From Aeropyrum pernix K1 (lineage in GTDB: Archaea; Thermoproteota; Thermoprotei_A; Sulfolobales; Acidilobaceae): DNA of 32,000 nt. Shown here piece after piece: positions 25,152-32,000 of this stretch. Positions within the stretch are counted from its first letter, which is position 1. Every line of letters starts with the position of its first letter. The stretch covers positions 930,001-962,000 of the forward strand of contig NC_000854.2 in assembly GCF_000011125.1 (NCBI RefSeq). The letters are read 5' to 3'. The notes beneath the pieces were generated by a model. The model saw only the letters and a list, made by a program, of their open reading frames with translations. It ran no database searches and was not told the origin of the DNA. The translations under genes were made by a program, and so were the position numbers.

Positions 25152-25633
25152 CGAGGCGAGGGGTGGCTCTAGTGGCTCGAAGGCTCCCCTCATCCCCTGG
25201 TAGGGTCTATGCGGTTAAGATCGATGAGGGCGAGGACGTCCACAGCGTCCTATCCAGCCTGGCGGAGGCTGAGGACCTGGGCTTCGCTATGGTAACAGGT
25301 ATTGGGGGTATGGCGGAGGCGACTGTCGCCTTCTACAGCCCTCCCGAGGCTACGTACTATACTGTAGACGTTAAACCTCCCGAGGGGAGGGTGATTGAGG
25401 TTGCAGCCATGACCGGGAACATAGTCAAGACATCGCAGGGGTACAGCGTTCACATCCACGTGGCCCTAGGCGTCTCCCCGGGGAAGAGCATATCCGGCCA
25501 TCTCGTTAAAGGTGTCGTCAAGCCTTTCATGGAGGTTTTCGTTGTAGAGCTTGTTTCTGGACAGGGCACCCCAGGCACAAGCGTGTTCGACCATAGAGAG
25601 GGGTTCAAAGCCTCGTACAAGAGGCTCGAGTAG
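25148..25633 (+). CDS. PPC (DUF296) domain protein
   Basis: 161 aa. The pattern VYAVKIDEGEDVHSVLSSLAEAE...GIGGMAEATVAFY...YSVHIHVALG...GHLVKGVV matches the PPC/DUF296 fold pattern. The GTG start overlaps the IMPDH stop (GTGA), and the GTGs at 25163 and 25172 are alternatives. Confidence 0.65.
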   Translation: MTRRGVALVARRLPSSPGRVYAVKIDEGEDVHSVLSSLAEAEDLGFAMVTGIGGMAEATVAFYSPPEATYYTVDVKPPEGRVIEVAAMTGNIVKTSQGYSVHIHVALGVSPGKSISGHLVKGVVKPFMEVFVVELVSGQGTPGTSVFDHREGFKASYKRLE

Positions 25634-25639
25634 ACACTA

Positions 25640-26407
25640 CTATCCAGTGCTGCGCTGGCTCCTCCAACTCCACGCGGCAGCCCTTACTATATCACCCTCG
25701 TCCAGCGAAGCCAGAGGCTTCCACCCCGAGTGGACTACTGCGACCCTCGTGGCCGCGTCGACCATAGCGGCCACAACCTCTGACAGGGCCCCCTCGCAGT
25801 GGGTGAAAACGTCTATAGGCTCGGCGGCATCTCCGGCTCGAGCACCCTCAACTGCGGCCTTAAGGGCTGACAAAGGCTCCAGGAAGCCCCACGGGCTCTC
25901 AACACCCACTAGAGCTATAGCCCTCCCGAAGGAGGCCATGGCCTCTAGACCAGCCTCAACAGGCTCGTCGGGAGACACGCGGGGGTGGAGACCTTCCGCC
26001 GCCTCTGAGACCGGTGTAAGAAGCTCCCCAGGCTCTATAGCCTGGAGAACATCCCAACTTGTGAACACGCCGGTAACACCACCTAAGTCCACTAGTAGAG
26101 TGGATAGGCCGGTCCTGACCATCAGCTCCGCCGCCTCTCCCACAGGAGTATCCCCCCCTACTACTGGGGGCCTAGCCTTGGCTACTAATGAGAGGGGAGT
26201 GTCCCACAGCCCAGCCCCGAGCCTCTCGAAAAGAGACGGTATGTCACCCGGCTCTACAACCCCTGTGACCGCCACCCCCCTCCCTACTAGTATCCTGTGT
26301 TTATGCAGCACAAGCAAGGCGGACACTGCATCTCCCAGGCTTGTGGAGGGCTCGAAGGTTATGGCGGGGGCAGATGCGTAGAGAGAAACCTTATCATTGA
26401 GGCCCAA
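25640..26407 (-). CDS. Stand-alone CBS-domain protein (about four CBS motifs)
   Basis: 255 aa with repeated CBS-like segments (SLGDAVSALLVLHKHRILV..VTGVVEPGDI; PVGEAAELMVRTGLSTLLV..VTGVFTSWDVLQAI; and others). TTG start, with a TATA-like GTATAAAG about 24 nt upstream, consistent with a leaderless transcript. The antisense 276-aa ORF is judged a shadow. Confidence 0.55.
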   Translation of the reverse strand: MGLNDKVSLYASAPAITFEPSTSLGDAVSALLVLHKHRILVGRGVAVTGVVEPGDIPSLFERLGAGLWDTPLSLVAKARPPVVGGDTPVGEAAELMVRTGLSTLLVDLGGVTGVFTSWDVLQAIEPGELLTPVSEAAEGLHPRVSPDEPVEAGLEAMASFGRAIALVGVESPWGFLEPLSALKAAVEGARAGDAAEPIDVFTHCEGALSEVVAAMVDAATRVAVVHSGWKPLASLDEGDIVRAAAWSWRSQRSTG

Positions 26408-26426
26408 AGCCCTAAATACACCCCAG

Positions 26427-26434
26427 CTTTATAC
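26427..26434. promoter_or_regulatory. TATA-like element (CTTTATAC / GTATAAAG) in the divergent CBS / GHMP-like intergenic region
   Basis: Read directly. The spacing fits a leaderless start of the minus-strand CBS gene at 26407. It could also serve the plus-strand operon. Confidence 0.4.
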
Positions 26435-26500
26435 TGGCTTCCCCCAGGCTAATTTACCTAAGCCCTCCAAACCAGGGACCAAATACTTGGGAGGAGGCCC

Positions 26501-27424
26501 GTGGGGAGTGTAGTCTATGTTGAGGGCGGCTCAAGGCTTCACGCTGGGTTCCACATTGTTGATCCGCAGCGTGGAGTGTGGGGTGGAGCCGGCTTTTACG
26601 TGGAGGAGCCGAGGGTCAGGGTTGAGGCGTGGGACTGCGGTGAGGCCAGGTGGGAGGTTGACAGTGACATAGCCACCCTGCTAGAGAGGGCTGGACTCGC
26701 GTGGGGCTGCCTTAAGATAGCTAGCAGGCCTCCCAGGCACATGGGTCTAGGGTCTACTACACAGCTCTCACTCGCCGCCTCAATGGCGCTCTTAGCACTG
26801 AAGGGGCTCCGCCCATCTATCCCAAGTCTCGCGGCCAGGCTGGGGAGGGGCCGCTTCTCGGCGGTGGGCACACTCCTAGCCGTCCACGGCGGCTTTGTCC
26901 TGGATTCAGGGAGCGTGTCAACTCCTCCCATATCCGCCGTGAGGGTGCCGGAGGATTGGAGGTTCGTCCTGGTTATCCCCCAGCTGGAACCGGGGTTCGA
27001 GGAGGGGCGGGCGGAGGATTTGGCCCTGAAGACTGCGGGCTTGAGGGCTGCTAGGGGGGGTGACTTGAGGTCTCGGGGGGCTCTCCTCCTGGCGGTCGGC
27101 ATTGCTAGGGGGGACCTTGACATTGCTCTAGAGGGCCTCTCATCTATGCAGGCAGGGACGGGGCTATTGTTCCAGGAGGTTCAGGGGGCTGTCTTTAGGC
27201 GGGACCTCATGAATATTGTTGACGAGGCCTCTAGGAACGGGGTCAAACTCGCCCAGTCCAGCTGGGGGCCCACTCTCTATACTATATCGCATGAGTCGAC
27301 AGCGGATTCCGACGCCCGCATGCTAAGGGCTATACTCCGTTCCCATGGTATTAGGGGGGAGGTACTCGTGACGAGACCCAGGAACAAGGGTCTAACCCTT
27401 GAGGTGGGGATGGATGGTGGTTGA
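26501..27424 (+). CDS. GHMP-kinase-superfamily protein, beta-ribofuranosylaminobenzene-5'-phosphate (beta-RFAP) synthase-like
   Basis: 307 aa. The N-terminal GSRLHAGF...WGGAGFYVEEPRVRVEA and the GHMP motif-II-like HMGLGSTTQLSLAAS fit my recollection of the TIGR00144-type family. Its 3' end overlaps the IPCT start. Confidence 0.55.
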   Translation: MGSVVYVEGGSRLHAGFHIVDPQRGVWGGAGFYVEEPRVRVEAWDCGEARWEVDSDIATLLERAGLAWGCLKIASRPPRHMGLGSTTQLSLAASMALLALKGLRPSIPSLAARLGRGRFSAVGTLLAVHGGFVLDSGSVSTPPISAVRVPEDWRFVLVIPQLEPGFEEGRAEDLALKTAGLRAARGGDLRSRGALLLAVGIARGDLDIALEGLSSMQAGTGLLFQEVQGAVFRRDLMNIVDEASRNGVKLAQSSWGPTLYTISHESTADSDARMLRAILRSHGIRGEVLVTRPRNKGLTLEVGMDGG

Positions 27425-28160
27425 CGCTGGCCTAGTGTTGGCGGCCGGCTTCTCAAGGAGGTTCAGAGGCCTCCTGGGGGTCCATAAGGTTGCAGCCGGT
27501 GTGAGGGGCTACCCGCTGCTGTGCTACCCGGTGACAAGCCTAGCCCTGGCTGGCGTGGACAGGGTCTTCGTCGTAGCGTCGCAATTCAACCTTAACGTGG
27601 TAGAGCTTGTCCTCGGCCACTGCCCATTCCGAGTTTCTGGCGTGCTAATATCGAGCCTCTCCACACTCGGCAACGGTTTCAGCCTTGTAGAGGGCCTCAG
27701 GGAGGCTGGCCTGAGAGGGTCCAGATGCCTGGCGGTGTCCATGGCCGATCACGTGTACCCTCCCAGCATAGCTAGGAGGCTGATTGAGGCTGGATGTAAC
27801 ACGCTCGGAGTAGACTCCAGGCCTAGGTATATAGAGGTGGGAGAGGCGACGCACGTTTCCCTAGAACCGGGGGCTGGCGTGAGGCTTGGAAAGGATGTTG
27901 AGGGATGTTGTGTCGACATAGGCATACACACGATAGAGGCGGGTATAGCCTCGATAGGCTGCATAGACCTTCCCCCCCGTGGTGAGGCCAGCGTGTCCCA
28001 GCTCATCACCTGCGCTGCCAGAAAGGGGTACACGTTCAAGCTTGTAGACGTGGACGGGGGCCCTTGGATGGAGGTCGACTCTCCCGAGGACCTAGAGAGG
28101 CTCCTGCAGGGTGACGGTCTGGAGGTCCTGGAGGCTGTTAGGAGTGAGTGGGGATTCTAA
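27414..28160 (+). CDS. CTP:L-myo-inositol-1-phosphate cytidylyltransferase (IPCT)-like nucleotidyltransferase
   Basis: The N-terminal GLVLAAGFSRRF is the nucleotidyltransferase G-rich loop. The protein is about 250 aa and lies immediately upstream of, and overlapping, a CDP-alcohol phosphatidyltransferase, with MIPS nearby. The ATG at 27414 is preceded by GAGGTG, and the TTG at 27399 is an alternative. Confidence 0.7.
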   Translation: MVVDAGLVLAAGFSRRFRGLLGVHKVAAGVRGYPLLCYPVTSLALAGVDRVFVVASQFNLNVVELVLGHCPFRVSGVLISSLSTLGNGFSLVEGLREAGLRGSRCLAVSMADHVYPPSIARRLIEAGCNTLGVDSRPRYIEVGEATHVSLEPGAGVRLGKDVEGCCVDIGIHTIEAGIASIGCIDLPPRGEASVSQLITCAARKGYTFKLVDVDGGPWMEVDSPEDLERLLQGDGLEVLEAVRSEWGF

Positions 28161-28782
28161 ACCCACGGACGGCCCTGTCTCTAGATTTTTGAACAGGAGG
28201 ATAGCCTCGGCTATAGCCTCCGCCATCATCGCCCTCAACTTGCCCCTCACCCCTAACATGCTCTCGCTAATATCGTTCCTGACGGCCGCCGCCGCTGCCC
28301 TGTTTATAGCGGGTGGCCAGCTCCTCGTAGGCGGCCTTCTAGTCCAGCTTTCATCGGTGCTGGACGGCGTCGACGGTATAGTTGCGAGGAGGCTGAGGGC
28401 CGCCTCCAAGGCAGGAGGCTTCCTGGACACAATGCTAGACAGGTACGCGGACACCGTCATATACCTGGCACTGGCATACGCAGCCGTCGCAACCCATGGT
28501 CTCGAAACGTGGGCTGTCCTCACAGCTGTGCTGGCAGTGTCGGGGGACATCATGGTAAGCTATCTCCACACCCGGGGCGAGAGAGACGCCGGTGTCCACC
28601 CATCCCTCGTCGGCCCCTTAGACTCCCTTGCCTCCAGGGATGTGAGGCTCCTCATAGTAGCAGTTATCACCGCGGCCGGAAGGCCTCTGGAGGCGATGGC
28701 GGCGGTGGCGCTTCTCTCACACGCCTACGTTGCCGTAAAGTCGATCTACCTGTTCTCCCTCCTCAAATCCAAGGGTGTCTAG
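28144..28782 (+). CDS. CDP-alcohol phosphatidyltransferase, di-myo-inositol-phosphate-phosphate synthase (DIPPS)-like
   Basis: Complete signature DGIVARRLRAASKAGGFLDTMLD (D-G-x2-A-R-x8-G-x3-D-x3-D), and the protein is multi-pass hydrophobic. The ORF is open from 28111, and the GTG at 28144 overlaps the IPCT 3' end by 17 nt. Confidence 0.75.
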   Translation: MSGDSKPTDGPVSRFLNRRIASAIASAIIALNLPLTPNMLSLISFLTAAAAALFIAGGQLLVGGLLVQLSSVLDGVDGIVARRLRAASKAGGFLDTMLDRYADTVIYLALAYAAVATHGLETWAVLTAVLAVSGDIMVSYLHTRGERDAGVHPSLVGPLDSLASRDVRLLIVAVITAAGRPLEAMAAVALLSHAYVAVKSIYLFSLLKSKGV

Positions 28783-28890
28783 ACGGAGGGCTCCGTTAAC
28801 GCTTAAATCCGGGGGGTCCAACTTTTATCATGGGGTTTTCAAAGTCTCGGAGCACCACTATCTAGCCTCCCCAGGGGCTCTTGATTAGCG

Positions 28891-28898
28891 TAAAATAA
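28891..28898 (+). promoter_or_regulatory. TATA-like box (TAAAATAA) upstream of the myo-inositol-1-phosphate synthase gene
   Basis: It lies 35-42 nt upstream of the GTG at 28933, and GGAGGTGA sits just before the start codon. Confidence 0.45.
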
Positions 28899-28932
28899 CC
28901 CCCTTTAACTCTACATCCGGAGGTGACGTGGC

Positions 28933-30111
28933 GTGGTGCGTATAGTAGTCTTGGGGCAGGGTCTAGTTGCCACACACCTCGCAGTCGGCCTCGAGAGGAT
29001 CAAATCCGGGGAACTCGAGCCTGTCGGTGTCCCCCTCGAGAGGTTCGAGTATGAGATACCTGTGAAGAGTCTTGAGATAGTCGGGTCTTTCGACGTAGAC
29101 CCCGGGAAGGTGGGCAGAACTATATACCAGGTTGCCAAGGATATGCTGGGGAGCCAGCTGCCGGTGCCCCAGAGCCTTGAGGCGGTTAGGGTTGAGCGGG
29201 GTATACATGCTGGTAGCGTTAAGGGGCTAATCCCTGGTGCCCGTGGCCTGGATGAGGACCTGGGTATGGAGGAGGCTGTGGAGATTGTTGCTGACAGGCT
29301 TCAGCATTTAAGGCCGGACGTCGTTATCAACGTGATAACCACTGAGAGAGCAGAGCCCTTCGAGACGCTCGAGAGCGTTCGCGACAGGGTCAGGAGGGGG
29401 CTAGTTAGCGCGAGCCAGGCTTACGCCCTAGCTGTACTCAGGTATGCGGAGAGGGAGGCTAGGAGGGTTGCGCTGGTCAACGCCATACCAGCGCCTCTAG
29501 CTAACGATCCAGTACTAGTCTCGATGTTTGAAGAAGCCGGAAGCCTCCTTCTAGGCGACGATGGGGCGACGGGAGCAACCCCCCTTACGGCGGACCTGCT
29601 TGAGCATCTAGCAGAGAGGAATAGGAGGGTGCTTTCGATAGCCCAGTTCAACATCGGCGGCAACCTCGACTTCCTCGCTCTCACCCTTCCAGAGAAGAAT
29701 ATTATGAAGGAGAAGACTAAGAGTAGCGTCGTTAAGGACATACTGGGCTACGACGTCCCCCACTACATAAAGCCCACGGGCTTCCTGGAGCCCCTCGGCG
29801 ATAAGAAGTTCGTTTCAATGCATATCGCGTGGAAGACTTTCAACGGCCTTGAGGACGAGCTCGTTGTGAACATGAGGATCAACGATAGCCCGGCTCTCGC
29901 TGGCCTCCTCGTCGACCTGGCGAGGATAAGCTATAGCCTGCTGGAGAGAGGGTACAAGGGTACTGTGTACGAGGTCAACGCGTTCTTTATGAAGAATCCG
30001 GGCCCAAGGGAGGCTCCAAACATAGCTAGGATTACGGCCTTCCAGAACATGGTGAAGCTCCTGCAGGGTCTAGGAGCCCTGAGTACCGGCTTGCCTGGGA
30101 GAAGGGCTTAG
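28933..30111 (+). CDS. ino1: myo-Inositol-1-phosphate synthase (archaeal short type)
   Basis: 392 aa. The N-terminal Rossmann-like RIVVLGQGLVATHL, the overall length and the adjacency to IPCT/DIPPS fit archaeal MIPS. Confidence 0.75.
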   Translation: MVRIVVLGQGLVATHLAVGLERIKSGELEPVGVPLERFEYEIPVKSLEIVGSFDVDPGKVGRTIYQVAKDMLGSQLPVPQSLEAVRVERGIHAGSVKGLIPGARGLDEDLGMEEAVEIVADRLQHLRPDVVINVITTERAEPFETLESVRDRVRRGLVSASQAYALAVLRYAEREARRVALVNAIPAPLANDPVLVSMFEEAGSLLLGDDGATGATPLTADLLEHLAERNRRVLSIAQFNIGGNLDFLALTLPEKNIMKEKTKSSVVKDILGYDVPHYIKPTGFLEPLGDKKFVSMHIAWKTFNGLEDELVVNMRINDSPALAGLLVDLARISYSLLERGYKGTVYEVNAFFMKNPGPREAPNIARITAFQNMVKLLQGLGALSTGLPGRRA

Positions 30112-30434
30112 CCCTCGCCTCCACCTGCCTCTTTGTAGGTGCTTTCTATGCATGCGTCCATGCAATCCTGCGTCTCCTCTTTGCCAATGCCGTGCTTTTC
30201 TAGACACTCCTTTAGACACCTACACTCCCCCTCCTCCAGCGATGAGACTCTAAGCTCTGGTATGCCGGGAGAGGGGCTGACGGCGACTACCCGGCAGTCC
30301 TCGAAAACGAGTTCTAGGGCGTATGTGCTCAAGGCGACTCCCACAAGCTTCTTCCCGATGAGGAGGCTCAGCTCCTCAAGCGTCCTCTCGAGAGCCTCCT
30401 CTAGAGACTCCCTCCCGTTATCGCCGCTGCCCAA
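30108..30434 (-). CDS. Small hypothetical protein with a Cys-rich C-terminus
   Basis: 108 aa, TTG start. The acidic N-terminal half is followed by ECRCLKECLEKHG...QDCMDACIES (5 Cys). I recognise no family. A TATA-like CTATATAC lies about 65 nt upstream on the minus strand. Confidence 0.45.
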   Translation of the reverse strand: MGSGDNGRESLEEALERTLEELSLLIGKKLVGVALSTYALELVFEDCRVVAVSPSPGIPELRVSSLEEGECRCLKECLEKHGIGKEETQDCMDACIESTYKEAGGGEG

Positions 30435-30538
30435 GATAGGCTGGCACCCCGCTAGCCATGGCCAGGGTTCAACACTACATTGGGCCGCGCAGCCGTATAT
30501 AGGTATAGTTAGGTCTAAATGCGGCCTTCGATGCTGAC

Positions 30539-30949
30539 CTACTCCCCGAGATAGAGCAGGTTAACTGTTCTCTCCCTGGGCCCGTCCATCTCCACGAACA
30601 GTATCCTCTGCCAGGTTCCTAGGGACAGCCTTCCCCCGACAACCGGTATGACCCTGCTGTCCCCTATGATTGTGTTGCCCAGGTGTGCGTGGGCGTTGAC
30701 GTCCACAAGGTTATGCTTCCAGGGGCCCCCGGGCTTCGTTAGCTCCCTAATGAACTCCACTATGTCCTCCATAAGCCTGGGCTCGGCCTCGTTGACAGCC
30801 ACAGCCGCGGTTGTGTGTGGGACGTACACAACCAGCAGGCCGTTCACACCGCCGACCGTCGAAAGCCACTCCTCTACCTTGCCAGTAACATCGAGGACCT
30901 GGAGCCTCCTCTCAGTCTTTACTGTGAAAGATCCAGTCTCCACCTTCAA
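30539..30949 (-). CDS. YjbQ/UPF0047-family protein (secondary thiamine-phosphate synthase-like)
   Basis: 136 aa with VYVPHTTAAVAVNE and NAHAHLGNTIIG...LGTWQRILFVEMDGPR, which are signature blocks of the YjbQ family. Confidence 0.8.
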   Translation of the reverse strand: MKVETGSFTVKTERRLQVLDVTGKVEEWLSTVGGVNGLLVVYVPHTTAAVAVNEAEPRLMEDIVEFIRELTKPGGPWKHNLVDVNAHAHLGNTIIGDSRVIPVVGGRLSLGTWQRILFVEMDGPRERTVNLLYLGE

Positions 30950-31114
30950 ACGCGGTCACCCAAGGGTCTATAGTATGCTCTACACGGTATTTAGGCGGCC
31001 ACTGTAGGGTAGGGTTTCCTCAGTCTAGACCGAGTGGGAGGTATACCTGATATAACACCCTATCCACTCACATACTCTCTGGGGGGTGTAATCCCGTTGT
31101 CCAGCGTTCTGGAG

Positions 31115-32000
31115 ATGCTCTGGGTGGAGAAGTACAGGCCCAGGAGCCTGGATGATATCGTCGACCAGAAGCATGTGGTCGAGAGGTTGAAACAGTTTGT
31201 AAAGCAGAGGAACATGCCACACCTCCTATTCGCAGGGCCCCCGGGCACGGGTAAGACGACTGCTGCCCATGCACTAGCCCACGATCTCTTCGGCGAGAAT
31301 TACAGGCAGTATATGCTAGAGCTGAATGCTAGCGACGAGAGGGGTATCAATGTTATCAGGGAGAAGGTTAAGGAGTTTGCCCGTAGCAGGACGCCCCCGG
31401 AGATTCCCTTCAAGATCGTGCTACTAGACGAGGCTGACAACATGACGAGCGACGCCCAGCAGGCTCTCAGGAGGCTTATGGAGCTTTACAGCAGTGTCAC
31501 AAGGTTTATACTGATAGCAAACTATCCCAGCAAGATTATAGACCCGATACAGAGCAGGTGCGCATTCTTCAGGTTCCAGCCCCTATCCAAGCAGGACGTT
31601 ATCGAGAGGCTGAGGTATATAGCCGAGAACGAGGGTGTAGATTACGAGGAGGAGGCTCTGGACGCCATATACGAGATAAGCGAGGGCGACATGAGGAAGG
31701 CCATTAACGTCCTCCAAGCCGCCAGCTACCTCGGCAAGGTGACCGTCGACGCGGTGTACAGGGTAGTGGGTATGGCGAAGCCCAGAGAGGTTAGGGAGAT
31801 GCTCGCCACCGCCCTGAAAGGCGACTTCACCGCGGCCAGAAGCCTCCTCCGGAAGATAATGATAGAGTATGGAATGAGCGGCGAGGATGTTGCCCGGCAG
31901 ATACACAGGGAGCTATTCTCCACAGAGCTTAAGATGCCCGAGGAGCTTAGGGTTCTCGCAGCAGACTATCTGGGGGAGGTCCACTACAGGCTTGTGGAGG
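31115..32000 (+). CDS. rfcS: Replication factor C small subunit, 5' part (continues past the right window edge)
   Basis: Absent from the ORF track because it is open-ended. Translation from the ATG at 31115 reads MLWVEKYRPRSLDDIVDQKHVVERLKQFVKQRNMPHLLFAGPPGTGKTTAAHALAHDLFGENYRQYMLELNASDERGI... LLDEADNMTSDAQQALRR...IQSRCAFFRF. These are RFC boxes II-VII. The TTG at 31097 is an alternative start. Confidence 0.9.
   Translation, partial: MLWVEKYRPRSLDDIVDQKHVVERLKQFVKQRNMPHLLFAGPPGTGKTTAAHALAHDLFGENYRQYMLELNASDERGINVIREKVKEFARSRTPPEIPFKIVLLDEADNMTSDAQQALRRLMELYSSVTRFILIANYPSKIIDPIQSRCAFFRFQPLSKQDVIERLRYIAENEGVDYEEEALDAIYEISEGDMRKAINVLQAASYLGKVTVDAVYRVVGMAKPREVREMLATALKGDFTAARSLLRKIMIEYGMSGEDVARQIHRELFSTELKMPEELRVLAADYLGEVHYRLVE

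Noticed and set aside
25551-26381. 276-aa plus-strand ORF covering the whole CBS-protein gene
   Set aside because: Its composition is dominated by Ser/Thr/Pro/Ala/Arg with no recognisable motifs, typical of an antisense shadow ORF in GC-rich DNA. The minus-strand frame shows repeated CBS-like segments and a well-placed TATA box.
1-32000. CRISPR arrays, IS elements, integrases, tandem repeats or defence islands
   Set aside because: Scanning by eye found no regularly spaced repeats, no transposase/integrase-like ORFs and no large unexplained ORFs. The few direct repeats seen (a decamer at 12118 and 12198, and TAGCAC at about 18836 and 18850) are short and are better explained as regulatory or termination motifs.

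Overview
All calls below were made by reading motifs. No homology search, HMM scan or RNA folding was run, and most start codons are uncertain by a few codons.

This is a GC-rich, gene-dense chromosomal segment that looks like a hyperthermophilic crenarchaeon of the Desulfurococcales, similar to Aeropyrum. The organism guess is an inference from gene content, frequent GTG/TTG starts, overlapping genes and TATA-box promoters.

The content is almost entirely core metabolism and information processing:
- the LysW-carrier lysine/arginine cluster, with lysY divergent from lysW-lysX-lysJ-lysK
- an archaeosine pair, queC and a QueF-like gene
- a two-subunit 2-oxoacid:ferredoxin oxidoreductase
- two membrane proteins, a Nudix hydrolase, an archaeal D-aminoacyl-tRNA deacylase and tRNA-Gln(UUG)
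- a fused 3-hydroxyacyl-CoA dehydrogenase/enoyl-CoA hydratase
- a siroheme/alternative-heme cluster (SirC-like, HemD, CbiX-like, fused AhbA/B-type decarboxylase) interleaved with a ThrC-like enzyme, an aldo-keto reductase and an RHH regulator
- ilvA-ridA and an aKMT-like protein lysine methyltransferase
- a KaiC-like ATPase, IMPDH-family and PPC/DUF296 operon facing a stand-alone CBS protein
- the di-myo-inositol-phosphate (DIP) osmolyte cluster, preceded by a GHMP / beta-RFAP-synthase-like gene
- a YjbQ-family protein and the 5' part of the RFC small subunit

I found no CRISPR array, transposase, integrase or recognisable defence or toxin genes.

The candidates most worth a second look are:
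- the GHMP-like gene translationally coupled to the DIP operon
- the KaiC-like/IMPDH-like/PPC operon with its neighbouring CBS protein
- a promoter-bearing, ORF-poor 277-bp gap upstream of queC, which may be a small RNA or a structured leader
- two related GGTT..AACC dyads in the lysY/lysW divergent promoter
- a small Cys/His-rich protein upstream of the oxidoreductase operon
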